64,000 nucleotides of DNA from Octopus sinensis (Eukaryota): NCBI RefSeq assembly GCF_006345805.1, contig NC_043022.1, positions 15,314,001 to 15,378,000 of the forward strand. The letters are read 5' to 3'. The notes beneath the pieces are model-generated. The model was not told the DNA's origin and made no database searches. It worked only from the letters and a program-made list of their open reading frames with translations. The translations under genes were made by a program, and so were the position numbers. Below, piece after piece: positions 24,010-36,749 of the stretch (within the stretch, counting starts at the first letter, position 1; the number at the start of each line of letters is the position of its first letter).

Positions 24010-24829
24010 ATACATGTTTTATAACAAGGTGATACTTATGTGGTTACTCAGCCTGTTAGAAATAGCAACTAAATCTTAAAAAAAAACAAAGTCTTCATCA
24101 TCACCATCATTGTTTAACATCCGTTTTCCATGCTGGCATGGATTGGATGGATCGACAGGAGCTGGCAAGGCTGGAAGGATGCACCAGGCTCTACTGTCTG
24201 TTCCGGTTAGGCTTTCTACAGCTGGATGCCTTTCCTAATGCCAACCACTTCACAGAATATAGAGGGAGCTTTTTAAATGGCACTGTCACCAGAACTTTTT
24301 ACGTGGCACCATGGTGGTCACATCTGGAATACCTTTGATCACAGGTCTACTAAATCCAGAGCAACAACGTCATATTTCCAAGGTGAAGGAAATGGGAAGT
24401 TGTGGCATTCATGCTTTTCTCAAACAGCTTAAGTGAATTAAAATGACTTCAGCAGAGAGTGAAAATTTTTATGACAGTCTCATATAAATTGTGTCCGATT
24501 TTAATTGACAGTGAAATCTGGATTAATTAATAAAACATAATTAGAGAGAGAAAATGGTGTAATTAACTGCCCCACCCCTTCCCTCGTAATTAGTGATATG
24601 AAACACTGCGCTTAATGACATTCAATTTTAACCTGCATCTGTGTGTATGAGTGTGTCTATATGTTTGTATGTGTGTGTATATGTGTCCAAGTGTGTGTCA
24701 GTTGTATAAGTGTATGTATGTGTATATGTATATATGCGTGTATCTACTGTGTGTATGTATATGAGTGTGCCTTATGTGCATGTGTTTGTGTATTTGTATG
24801 TGAATGTGCAGTGTGTGTGTGTGAGCATA

Positions 24830-25125
24830 TGTCTGCATGTATGTCTGTGTGTATATGTCCATATACCAGTGTGTGTATGTGTGTGTGTCTCTCTCTCCAT
24901 GTGTGTGTGTGTGTGTGTCTCTCTCTCTCTCTCCATGTATGTCTGTGTGTATATGTCCATATACCAGTGTGTGTATGTGTGTGTGTCTCTCTCTCCATGT
25001 GTGTGTGTGTGTGTCTCTCTCTCTCTCTCCATGTATGTCTGTGTGTATATGTCCTTGTACCAGTGTGTGTATGTGTGTGTGTGTGTCTCTCTCTCTCTCT
25101 CTCCATGTGTGTGTGTGTGTCTTCA
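24830..25125. repeat. ~95-bp compound minisatellite x3
   Basis: catgtatgtctgtgtgtatatgtcc.t.taccagtgtgtgtatg(tg)n(tc)n repeated three times. Confidence 0.85.
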
Positions 25126-25451
25126 CACGTTCCATCCCATCAATAAATAAACTGCATCCAACACAATATGCCCCAGTTTCCTCTTTTGCACTGATTTCAA
25201 AACCCCTTTTTTATGGTTGTTGCTGCTGTTATTGTTGTTGCTGTCCCCTCTTTGTAGTCTTTTTCGCTCATCTTCATCATCTCATTGTTATGGCCTTGTT
25301 GCTATTGAAGAGGGAGTTCAGATGGAGGTGTCGTGGTTGTTGTTGCTGCTTATGGTCGTACTCATTGTCCCTTTGTTCATGATATTTATGATGTTCTTGT
25401 TGATGTTAGGGTGTAGTTTATGGTCTTGTTGTTCTTACTAGTTCTATTGTC

Positions 25452-25810
25452 GTTCAGAGTGGTGGCAGTGGTGGTGTTGTTTATGGCGGTGGTGTTGTTT
25501 ATAGTGGTGGTGGTAGTGCCTATGGTGGTGGTGTTTATAGTGGTGGTGGTAGTGCCTATGGTGGTGGTGATGTTTATAGTGGTGGTGGTAGTGCCTATGG
25601 TGGTGGTGATGTTTATAGTGGTGGTGTTGTTTATAGTGGTGGTGGTAGTAGTGCCTATGGTGGTGGTGTTTTTTTATAGTGGTGGTGGTAGTGCCTATGG
25701 TGGTGGTGATGTTTATAGTGGTGGTGGTAGTGCCTATGGTGGTGGTGATGGTAGTGCCTATGGTGGTGGTGGTGTTTATGGTGACAGTGGTGGTGTTTAT
25801 AGTGGTGTTG
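25452..25810. repeat. GGT-based minisatellite (~39-bp unit)
   Basis: gtttatagtggtggtggtagtgcctatggtggtggtgat repeated with triplet-sized variation. Confidence 0.9.
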
Positions 25811-26016
25811 TGATGGTGTGTTGTGATGGTGTGTTGTGTACTCATATAGCTTACTACACTGTTACGGCTGTTGTCTCATGTTTGTATCTTCTGACCGATC
25901 GCATTACTGTTGTTGAAATTTTCTGTTATCGTTGCTATCATCATCATCATTCAGGTGGTGAGCTAGGTAAAATCGTTAGCACGCCAAGCGAAATGCTTAG
26001 CGGTATTTCACCCATC

Positions 26017-26243
26017 GGCGAGCTGGCAGAAACGTTAGCACGCCGGGCGAAATGCTTAGCGGTATTTCGTCTGCGTTATGTTGTGAGTTCAAATTCCGCT
26101 GAGGTCAACTTTGCCTTTCATCCTTTCGGGGTCGATAAATTAAGTACCAGTTACGCACTGGGATCGATGTAATCGACTTAATACCAATGTCTGTCCTTGT
26201 TTGTCCCCTCTGTGTTTAGCCCCTTGTGGGTAATAAAGAAATA
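26017..26243 (+). mobile_element. Young SINE family B inserted into an older SINE B, 15-bp TSD
   Basis: TSD ggtatttcacccatc at 26002 and 26244; host head at 25952-26016, host body resumes at 26259. Confidence 0.92.
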
Positions 26244-26459
26244 GGTATTTCACCCATCACTCCATTCTGGTTCAAATTCTGCCGAAGTCAATTTAACTTT
26301 CGCCCTTTTAGGGTCAATAAATTAAGAACCAGTTAAACACTGGGCTCTATGCAATCAACACATCCCCTCCCCCCGAATTCCGGCCCTTCTGGCAAAATTT
26401 GAAACCATTATTACTATCATTAGTGTTGTTGTTAATATCATTGATGTTATTACTATCAT

Positions 26460-26900
26460 TAGTAAGGCAGAAACTGGTAGGGTCGTTAGCATGCCAGGTG
26501 AAATGCTTAGCAGTGTTTCACCTGTTGCTACGATCTCAGTTCAAATTCCGCTGAGGTCGACTTTGCCTTTCATCCTTTCGGGGTTGATGAAATGAGTACC
26601 AGTTATGCACTGGGGGGTCGATGTAATCAACTCATCCCCACCTCCTCCAGGCTGCCCTTGTGGCAAAAATTTTTATTATTATTATTATTATTACCATTAT
26701 TGGTCAGCTGGCATAATCGTTAGCATGCTGGATGAAAAAAACTTAGCGGTATTTATCCCATTGCTACGTTCTGAGTTCAAACCCTGCCAAGGTTGACTTT
26801 GCCTTTCATTCCTTTCAGGGTCAATAAATTAAGTACCAGTGAAACATTGGGGTCAGTGTGATCGACTGCCCCACCTCCCCCAAAATTTCAGGCCCTGTGC
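26460..26900 (+). mobile_element. Two further degenerate family-B-type SINEs
   Basis: cgttagcatgc..gaaatgcttagc..gaggtcgactttgcctttcatcc..gagtaccag. Confidence 0.75.
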
Positions 26901-27477
26901 CATGAGCAGAAAGAAGATTATTATTAATTATTATTATTATTATTAGTAGTAGTAGTAGTAGTAGTAGTATTTTTATTATTATTAGTAGTAGTAGTAGTAG
27001 TAGTAGTATTGTCAGACAGCATTTATCAAGTTCTTGTATCAGTTTTATTCTACACATCTTAAGAGCTTCCACGGCCGTCATCGTCATCACTGGTTGCTTA
27101 CCATTGCTGCTACAGCTGCTGCTGATATTGATGACGATGGTAACACTGACGATACTGTGGCTGGTTTATAAGTACAACTCACCACCAACAAACAATTACC
27201 AAAGCAACTAACCCTGATCAATACACACGCACACACACACGGCTGTCCGACAATCACGACAATCTCAGTCACAGTGGTGAAGTTTATCCAGACGTTATCA
27301 CATCCAGCGGATGATTGATGGTCCGAGTCTTGAAGTCTTGGAGAACGTGCGAGATGGAGAGGAAAAGGAGAGAGAGAGGGAGAAAGTGCTTTATGGACAT
27401 ATATATATATATATATATTCAGTACACATACATATATATATATACATACATGTATATGTATACACATGCATAGGTGT

Positions 27478-27534
<57 letters not shown>

Positions 27535-27924
27535 CATAGATGCAAATATAAATGTATATATAAACATGTGCATCAACATATATACACAAGCATACATATA
27601 TATATATATATATATATATAGATAGATAGATAGATATATATATACACACACACATATATATATATATAGATAGATATATATATACACACACACACACAGA
27701 CATATATATATAGAGATAGATATATATATATATACTTTGATACTTTGATAGGTTTTGGCCATTATTGGCCCAGGCCATGTCTAACTTAATAGCATCACCA
27801 GGTGAAGTCTTTCAAGTCAGAATTTGGGCACTATCTATATATAGATAGATAGATATATATACACACACAGACATATAGATAGATAAATAGATAGATATGA
27901 TATATATATATTTATATATATATA

Positions 27925-28075
27925 TCTCATCATCATCGTTTAATGTCTGCTTTCCATGCTGGCATGGGTTGGACAGTTTGACTGAGGACTGGCAAGTCGG
28001 GAGGCTGCACCAGGCTCGAATCTGATCTGGCAAGGTTTCCACAGCTGGATGCCTTTCCTAATGCCAACCCCTCAA
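27925..28075 (-). mobile_element. Family C repeat (RTE-type 3' end)
   Basis: (cat)n cgtttaatgtctgctttccatgctggcatgggttggac..gctggatgcctttcctaatgccaacc. Confidence 0.8.
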
Positions 28076-28174
28076 CCAAACAGCCAGGTAATTTCATGAG
28101 CAGGCTGTTTGGTTGATTGGATCAATCATTGTCATAACAGCCAGGCCACGTGTGTGTGTGTGTGTGTCTGTGTT

Positions 28175-29000
28175 GTCATTCCTTTGCCAGTGCCGCCTGA
28201 CTGGCACCCATGTTGGTGGCAGGTAAAAAACACCATTCGAACATGGTCGATGCCAGTGCTGCCTGACTGGCCCCTGTGCCGGCAGCATGTAAAAAAAAGC
28301 ATCCACTACACACTCAGAGTGGTTGGCTTTATGAAGGGCATCCAGCTGTAGAAACCTTTGCCAGATCAGATTGGAGCCTTGTGCAGCCTACTGGCCTGCC
28401 AGTCCTGAAACTGTCCAACCCATGCCAGCAAGGAAAGCAGACATTAAACGATGATGATGATGATGATGTGTGTAATGATGTTGTCACATGACTATTCTAA
28501 ATTCCAACCAAAATCAAAATAAGACCATTTGATATTCAAAGACTCTCTTTCACCCCCACCTCACCCACATACATATGCTGCCATTACTCGTTTACAGAAG
28601 ATCCGTTCCTTCTTCCATCAACCTCTCCAACAGTCACCATACCCACATCCACCCAGCTTAACTAACCAAGTACACGCACACACATCTTCCACCCAGGTAG
28701 CACCAGACACCCCCTTCCCACCTCTATCTCCTCTCTCCTCCTCACACTTATTGTGTCAAAAAAAAAAAACACCATCCGTTCGTGGCCGTTTGCCAGCTCT
28801 GTCTGGCACCTGTGCAGGTGGCACGTAAAAAGCACCCACTACACTCACGGAGTGGTTGGCGTTAGGAAGGGCATCCAGCCGTAGAAACACTGCCAAATCT
28901 GACTGGGCCCGATGAAGCCTCTCGGCTTCACAGACCCCAGTTAAACCGTCCAACCCATGCTAGCATGGAAAACGGATGCTAAATGATGATGATGATGATG
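28175..29000 (+). mobile_element. Two family C repeats (28175-28470 and 28770-29000)
   Basis: Both end in ..ccaacccatgc.agca.ggaaa.c.ga..(c/t)taaa(c/t)(gat)n. Confidence 0.8.
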
Positions 29001-29004
29001 AAAG

Positions 29005-29130
29005 ACTCATACACCAAATAGAGTTTTCCCTACCCAGTCCTTCTTCCCCACTAGCTGGAATTTCCTCCCAGTCCATATTTGTCTCTTTCCTGCAATTATT
29101 GATCTACAGAACTTCAATCTCAATATTGAC
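29005..29130 (+). pseudogene. Possible CR1/L2/Jockey-group LINE ORF2 C-terminal remnant
   Basis: Frame from 29026 reads FPTQSFFPTSWNFLPVHICLFPAIIDLQNFNLNI, resembling the SFF.R...WN.LP..VFP...L..FK ending of these clades. Confidence 0.4.
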
Positions 29131-29794
29131 TGCATCGACGATACCTGGAAAGGTCACAGACGTTGCGCAAACATAAAACGAATGGAACCAAGCGACAAGG
29201 AGGAGCAAGAATAACTCCACGATACTCCAGGGATTGAAGCAGGAGTGGGAAGGATTACTTCTTGGCCATCTCAGGATTAACTCTTTAGCATTCGGATTAC
29301 TTAGGCAAACGTAATATACATTAGTTTATTCAATTGTTTGGAATGGTTTTCGGAAATTGCACCAAAAACATTGACAGTAAAAGAAATTGCAAAAACAAAA
29401 CAAATTAGCTGATATCTTAAAATAGCAAATTCATCAGCTAATAACGACCAATTAGAGATAATGTCTTCAAAATGAGTTTTCTGGTTTACGGTCTGCTAGG
29501 ATGCTTCCATTATGGTGAAATTTCCAACAACAAAAATGTTTCCAGAGAATTCAATGTCGGCCACATTAGTGTGAGGCTCACACACACACACATATATATA
29601 ATATATATATATACACATACATAGATGCAAATAAAAATGTATATATAAACATGTGCATCAATATATATACACAAGCATATTCATGGCCCTGTAACTGTGT
29701 TTACCACCTGGACCACTAAGCCATGGACCATCACAACTACAGGGATTACCTCATTCCACAGGCAAAGGTGCCAGTTATGTGGCACCAACAAAAG

Positions 29795-29940
29795 CCACAA
29801 CGGCTGATCGTTAGTAAGGAGAGACACAAATAAGAAAGAAGAAAGCAAAGGGACCACTGATGAGGTCACAGGAGTGTGAAGAAAGAACTCTGGCCGAAAT
29901 ACGATTAATGTAAAAAATAGAATAAAGCTGAAGCAAAGGA
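29795..29940 (+). mobile_element. Penelope-like repeat, second copy of the 19390 family
   Basis: Alignable by eye with 19425-19570. Confidence 0.6.
29851..29895 (+). ncRNA. Minimal type-I hammerhead-like motif (intact CUGAUGA; stem II closing pair broken)
   Basis: ggacca-CTGATGA-g-GTCAC aggagt GTGAa-GAAA-g aa c-TC-tggcc. Confidence 0.55.
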
Positions 29941-30234
29941 CCAATGTTTATTTTATGACTGAAAACCCTAAAACTGTTCTGTTCCCTTCGTATTATTAAA
30001 TGTGTGTTGAGTGTGATATGTCTATTCATTGTGAAGTAAACAGGGTCCACGTGGGCACCCCTGTTTGAGGCTGAACCTCCTCTTCTCACAGACTCATCTC
30101 CTCTACGACCTACTTCTGGGACTAGGGCCATCTTTCAATGGCAACCTTACTACAAACCTCCACCCGGATTGCCCCTGGAACGCTGTGCCACTTGGATTTA
30201 AATGGCATCCCATTGGTTACGATCAGGCTGTTTC

Positions 30235-30515
30235 AACTGAACTGCTCAACAGAACAGCCTGCTTATGAAACTAACTGGCTGAGTACTCCACAGACGCACG
30301 TACCCCAACGTAATTCTCAGGGAAATTCAGTGTGAGACACAGAGAATGTGACGTGGCTGGCCCCTTTTAAATTACAGGCACAAATAAATTTTTGCCAGCT
30401 GAGTGGACTGGGGCAACATGACAAAGTGTCTTGCTCAAGGACGCAATGCACCACCAGGGACCAAATTCATGGCCCTGTAACTGTGTGCTTAACACCTGGA
30501 CCACTAAGCCATGGA
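30235..30515 (-). mobile_element. SINE family D variant
   Basis: aacagcctgctt.tgaaact..ggctgagtactccacagac..ggcccc..tttttgccagctgagtggactgg..gtgtcttgctcaaggac. Confidence 0.75.
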
Positions 30516-30845
30516 CCATCACAACTACAGGGATTACCTCTTTCTTGGATCTTACAGTGCACTGTCGTTGATTTGTATCAGGCTAATCTCCAATGCTGTT
30601 TAGCCCTACTGTACCCCCTACTGTCACGTTCGTGTTAGATTGACAGTATACAACCATTCTATCGCCCCACCACCGTTCATATCTCTAAGAGAGATTTAGA
30701 AATTTAGTATTTCTAATCTCCAATGACTTCTCAAAATTTTTTCATCCTTGGAACTTTATTAATTTCTTTATTCAAACACCTTTTTTTTTTATTTTCCCAC
30801 CATCTTTTCTCTCTCCTCATCTATTCTTTCCATAGAAGTGGTGCA

Positions 30846-31077
30846 GGCAGCGAGCTGGCAGAATTGTTTGCACGCCGGGCGAAATGCTTAGCGGTATTTC
30901 GTCTGCCATTACGTTCTGAGTTCAAATTCTGCCGAGGTCAACTTTACCTTTCATCCTTTCTGCGTCGATTAAATAAGTACCAGTTATACACAGGGGTCGA
31001 TGTAATCGACTTAATCTCTTTGTCTGTCCTTGTTTGTCCCCTCTGTGTTTAGCCCCTTGTGGGCAATAAAGAAATAA
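30846..31077 (+). mobile_element. SINE family B, full length (5' part of chimera)
   Basis: Matches 15121-15350; ends aataaagaaataa. Confidence 0.92.
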
Positions 31078-31210
31078 GACGACCGCTCGGTTCAAAGTCT
31101 CTCTTGACCAGAAATGGCCTGAACTCTTTGCATGAACACCCTCCCTGTACATAACTCCATGTCCCCCTACATAGCCTTGCTTTTTGCTTTTTGAGCCAAA
31201 AACTTAACTA
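31078..31210 (+). mobile_element. 5'-truncated CR1 3' end (3' part of chimera)
   Basis: Reverse complement of 45585-45718 (gacgaccgctcggttcaaag..ttttgagccaaaa + aactt tail). Confidence 0.88.
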
Positions 31211-31586
31211 AGAAGTGGTGTAGGTTTTATATCCTGCCACAGATTAGAATAGGTAAATTACGCAGAGGAGGTTTAATCAATGCGATCACACAATGTACTT
31301 TATGAGACTACCAAAACGCACTCTCCCTGACTATTACCGACCCCTACACTTTATAAGAGTTCGGCTAGTCCATTCTCTGATCTGCCAGGGGTGTCAATGA
31401 CTCCCGCCACAACAGTAGGCTTCAAATGTTAAACACTTTCTCCATTTTTCCTGAATGCAAGCCACATGTATTCACTTCATCTTTGTGTTTTCCAAATTCC
31501 AGACCCCTGCAGAAAACCTTCATTGAAGGTTTTATACAAGGGAAATAAAACACCTGTTGATGGACACTTTAGTTTGGAGATGTAAC

Positions 31587-31841
31587 CAGGGCTGTGGAGT
31601 CGAAACATAGAAAATTTGACTCCAACTCGTCTTACTATTGGCACCTCCGACTCCTCCTTATGTAATAAAGTGGTTGTGGCCCACATATCTCATAAAGCAT
31701 GTGCATACACTTGTACTCTGAGCAGGCCTTTATATTACAACTGGTTTATATTAAAGAATAAAGATACTGGGAGTTGGAGTCAATATAGTTTTATCGACTC
31801 CAGCTACCTGTTAATTGTTTCCGGCTGACTTCACAGCTCCA
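31587..31841. mobile_element. hAT-like MITE
   Basis: Left end cagggctgtggagtcg; degenerate right end tgacttcacagctcc; internal gactcc/ggagtc subterminal repeats. Confidence 0.5.
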
Positions 31842-32595
31842 TGGTTATGAATGATGAACATGTGTGTCTATATACATGGGTGTGTGCGTGTGTGTATGTG
31901 CAAGAGAGACGAGGAAAAGGAGGAGAAGGAAGGAGAGAGGGAGTGATGTTATGTTATATTTGCTTTTCATGCTGGCATGGGTTGGACAGGTGGACATGGT
32001 ATTGGAGGAGTTGGGACATATTCAAGAGTATTGCTCGTGTTGATGGAACAGAGGAGAAAGGGGAGCTTATCTCCCCCACATTTCATTTTCGGTTCGGTTT
32101 CTCCATTCAGATTCCCAACCACTTTACAGAACGTACTCACAGACTTTTCTCATGGCACCAACACTAAAAGAGTTGTCGTGTCCGCAACAAGACCAAACAA
32201 CCTTCCCAACACCTTATGGTGTGGTTGTGTGCACTGGGTACATTTTTTTTTTGTGAAATCACAGAACTAGAGAAGTCCCCAACATGACTAAAGGGATTTC
32301 CCGTCCGACATCTCTGCTTGCTTGTCAGCCTCTTTACAGAATGCATGTGTAGGTGGATGATGCTTACAGCTGGATACCCTTCCTGTCACTAACCCTTAGC
32401 TGTGTTTCACAAAAGGGATCTCTTGAGAGGAGAAGAATCAATAACAAAATTGCCTGTAGCAAGCAACTTTTGTAAACTGAAAATGTAAACACACACACAC
32501 ATTTCCTGTTCTCCACATGAAAAAAATATGTCCGGGTTGCTTGCTGTTCAAATAGATTGTTATTTGACAGGAATAGAGAAAATAGAGTTTTTGAG

Positions 32596-32970
32596 GGCTT
32601 GGCTGTGTGCTAAGAAGCCTGCTTCCCAACCACATGGTTCCCGGTTCAGTCCCAATGCATGGTACCTTGGGCAAGTGCCTTCTACTATAGCCTCGGGCTG
32701 ACCAAAGCTTTGTGAGACGGAAACTGAAAGAAGCCCGTCGTATATATATGTATATATGTGTGTTTGTGTGTCTGGGTTTGACCCCCCCACCCAACAGCGC
32801 TTGACAACCAATGCTGGTGTGTTTATGCCCCCATAACTTAGTGATTTGGTGAAAAACACCGATAGAATAAGTACTAGGCTTACAAGGAATAAGTCCAGGG
32901 GTCAATGTACTCGACTAAAGGCGGTGCTCCAGCATGGCCACAGTCAAATGACTGAAACAAGTAAAAGAAT
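32596..32970 (+). mobile_element. SINE family A
   Basis: Matches the family A consensus. Confidence 0.88.
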
Positions 32971-33046
32971 ACAGGTCATCATCAACTTATGACTGCAATT
33001 GGTTCCGACTGACTGGTCATAAGTCGATTTGGTCGTAAGTCGATTT

Positions 33047-33092
<46 letters not shown>

Positions 33093-33108
33093 GATATATA
33101 TATATATA

Positions 33109-33473
33109 GTGGATGCGCAATGCCCCAATGGTTAGGGCAGTGGACTCGTGGTCATAGGATCGCGGTTTCAATTCTCAGACCAGGTGTTGTGAGCGTTTAT
33201 TGAGCGAAAATACCTAAAGCGCCACAAGGCTCCAGCAGGGGCTTGTGACGAACCCTGCTGTATACACTCACCACAACTTTCTCTCACTCTTCCTGTATTT
33301 TCAAAAGGTCCGGCCTCATCACACTCTGTGTCATGCTGAACCTCCCCCGAGAACTACGTTCAGGGTACACGTGTCTGTGGAGTACTCAGCCACTTGGACG
33401 TTAATTTCACGAGCAGGCTGTTCCATTGATTGGATCAACTGGAACCCTCGTCGTCATAACCAACGGAGTGCCA
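33109..33473 (+). mobile_element. SINE family D, full length (tRNA-like head)
   Basis: gtggatgcgcaatgccccaatggttagggcag..ggtttcaattctc head; body gtggagtactcagccacttggacgttaatttcacgagcaggctgttcc; inverted copy at 52279-52658. Confidence 0.88.
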
Positions 33474-33522
33474 CGATGAGATATACATGTGTGTGTGTGT
33501 GTGTCTATACATACATACATGC

Positions 33523-33599
<77 letters not shown>

Positions 33600-33717
33600 T
33601 ATGCTGGCACATTCAGTAAACTCAATACCATCAACCAGCCAGCCACACCTCTCCGTGTGACAATCTGAAGAAATCTACATGAATAAGTAATGGCATTTCT
33701 AGAAACAGTGATTGATT

Positions 33718-33753
<36 letters not shown>

Positions 33754-33913
33754 CAGCAGCAGCTGTTGTCATCATCGTTTAGCCCCAGGTCAACCTTGGC
33801 TGAGCAGCCCCATAATACAAACATGCCAGCCTTAACTCAGCTGCTATTTCCAACCTGGTAAATAACCACTTAGGGGCTCCCTTCTTGGGTGGTGGTAGTA
33901 GTAGTAGTAGTAG

Positions 33914-34045
33914 AGGAAGAGGAAGAAGAGGAAAAAGAAGAGCAAGAAGAAGAGGAAGAAGAAGAAGAAGAGGAAGAAGAAGAGGCAGAAGAGGAAGAAG
34001 AGGAGGAGGAAGAAGAAGAAGAAAAAGAAGAGGAAGAAGAAGCTG
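33914..34045. repeat. Polypurine (GAA/GAG)n tract
   Basis: About 130 nt almost exclusively A/G. Confidence 0.95.
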
Positions 34046-35115
34046 CTGCAGTCGTTATTTAGCCCTAGGTCAGCCTTAACTGACCATGCCTATTATACAA
34101 ACATACCAGCTTTACCTGGCTGATCCTTTTGTTTCCTTTGAGGCACAATTTGAAGGCATACTGGCTGCTATTTGTAACATGACAAATGACCACTTAGAGC
34201 CTTCCATGTTGGATAGTAGTAGTAGCAAACGAAATTAGTATTTTTTTTTTCCCACTATTTTGACACTAACACTAGTGACATTGTTGTTTAATCCTGGCTG
34301 AGTATACCTACGAGCAATGGTGTACAAACCACAACCATCACATTTTGTTTTTCCCCGTTTTTTTTTCTTTTATATTATATTTGCTCAATGTGTCCATCTT
34401 ATTTTCTTTTCTTTCTTTTTTTCTCTAAGACATTAAGGTGTGACTCGAGAGCGATTTGGCTACTATTTCTAGCGAGTCGAACAACCATGTAGAGGCTCTC
34501 TCTCTCTCAGTGATTCGTGATGAAGAGGAGGAGGAGAAAAAGGAGAAAGATGACAATGGTGATAGCTACTATGCCTTCGACACGGGCGGGGGCGGGGTGG
34601 ACGTTGATCTATAATGCAAGTAGTAGTAGTAGTAGTGGTGGTGGTGTGGTAATTATGAAGAGAAGTGTTTAAGCTGCAGAGTTGTAAAATAAAAAGAGGA
34701 GAAGAAGAGGAGAAGAGGAGGAGACAAGCTCTGAAAAGCCATGTGTACCGTTGTGAAACAGACAGAATTGTCTAAGCAAGCTTATTCCCCCCAGTTGCTT
34801 CTTCCATGCTTCCGAGTTGTTCCCCCCCCCCCGTCTTCACCTGGCTTCCCTCTCACACTCACACTCTCTTTCTCTCTCTCTCTCTCTCTCTCTGTGCATC
34901 TGTTATTGTGTGTCTATGTATATACTTGTCCACCTACCCATGCTCTAAAGCCTCTCTCTCTTGTTATATTTCTTAATCAAATTTGTGCATACCTATCTGT
35001 CTATTTACTTATATATCTATATATACACACACACCTCTGGATATATATATATATATATCTATACACACACACCTCTGGATATCTATATATATATATATAT
35101 CTCTAATATACATAC

Positions 35116-35155
<40 letters not shown>

Positions 35156-36152
35156 AACACATACATCTATATCTTCATATCAAAATATAAATACACACAC
35201 AAACACACATACACCTTTATATCAATAGATGTGTGTGTGTGTGTACTGTCATGTATATTTGTGTGTGTGTGTGTACAGTCATATATATTTGGGTTTGTGT
35301 GTCTTTGTAAATCCACAAGCATTCCTTCCACTTTCTCCTACTGTCTCATGACAGAATTGGTGATTGTTCAACATATTTATGCATATACGTGTATGTATGT
35401 GTATATATATACACACTCATACAGCAGTTCTTAATTCACCTAGCTATACACACACCCCTATATACATACATACATTGACATACATACGTAAGTACTTCAA
35501 AGAGTAAACTAGAAATATTGTGAACACCTACAAGTCATTCAGTCACATAAAACAAAGCAAGAGGCTGTCTCAGCTAACATAGCAGCGACAGCCAAGTTCA
35601 CCTACCAAGAGAACAAGGGAAACACGACATAGCCACTTAATCTACTAGAAACAGCAGTCAAATCTCACTCAGATAACACCTTACATGTTAAAAAAAACGA
35701 AAATAAGGAGTCTTTAAAGATATGGGGTGGCCATAGTTGGAATGCATTTGATTATAGGTTTGTTCCATAAGGTTTGATTGGGGAGGGGGCTGATCAGAAA
35801 AGGGCCACAGAGTGCCAAACCTAGTTCTATGTGATGGCTGTTACAATGGCTAGAAACAGCAGCTAATTTTTTTATTAAATCATACCTAATGTCTTAATTG
35901 AGGAAGTACATTAGATAATTTGGTCTTAGATAGATTGACCCTCCCTCTCACACCAAAAAGGGACTGGTTGGTCAGAGCCTTGATTAGAAGGGGTCTGTTC
36001 AATAAGGGGTTGACCCGAATCTAAATAATGACCACCACCACTATATGGCATGGTGTGGAAATAGTTTATCTAGTTGTAAAAATAGGTAACTTGGAGAGGA
36101 ACAGTTGGAAAATCTCTTTGTATAATTGGAGGGGAGGGGCAGAATAAAACAG

Positions 36153-36690
36153 GCACAGGTGTGGCTGTGTGGTACGAAGTTTGCTTCCCAACCACGTGGT
36201 TCCAGGTTCAGTCCCACTGCGTGGCACCTTGGGCAAGTGTCTTCGACTACAATCTCAGGCTGACTAAAGCCTTGTGAGTGGATTTGGTAGATGGAAACTG
36301 AAAGAAGCCCATCGTATATATGTGTACATATGTATAAATGTGTGTTTGCGTGCGTTTGTCCTTGTCTGTTTGTCCCCACCACCACCGCTTTGACAACCGG
36401 TGCCAGTGTGTTTACGTCCCCAGTAACTTAGCGGTTCGGCAAAAGACACCCGATAAAATAAGTACCAGATTTAAATATATATATATAGTGTAATAAATAA
36501 AATATATGCATACATACAAACATATATGTAAGTACCGACACCTACATGTATATATACATGCATATATAAATATATATAAGTACAGGACACCACAAAAAGA
36601 CGAAATACTGGAATCGGTTCGTTCGACTAAAATTCTTCAAGGCGGTGCCCCAGCATGGCCGCAGTCTAATGTCTGAAACAAGAAAAGAAA
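36153..36690 (+). mobile_element. SINE family A split by a Penelope-like/microsatellite insert
   Basis: Head and body at 36153-36470; tail aaggcggtgccccagcatggccgcagtc at 36640-36690. Confidence 0.75.
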
Positions 36691-36749
36691 AGCAAAAAGG
36701 TGGGGGGGGGTGGCTGTCGTTTAATTTATTTAACTCTGAAATTATTTGT

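Noticed and set aside
25444-25845. His/Thr-rich minus-strand ORFs
   Set aside because: Antisense reading of the GGT minisatellite.
33885-34079. Protamine-like Arg-rich ORF
   Set aside because: It is a (GAA/GAG)n tract; the start codon is non-ATG and it ends in a family F repeat.
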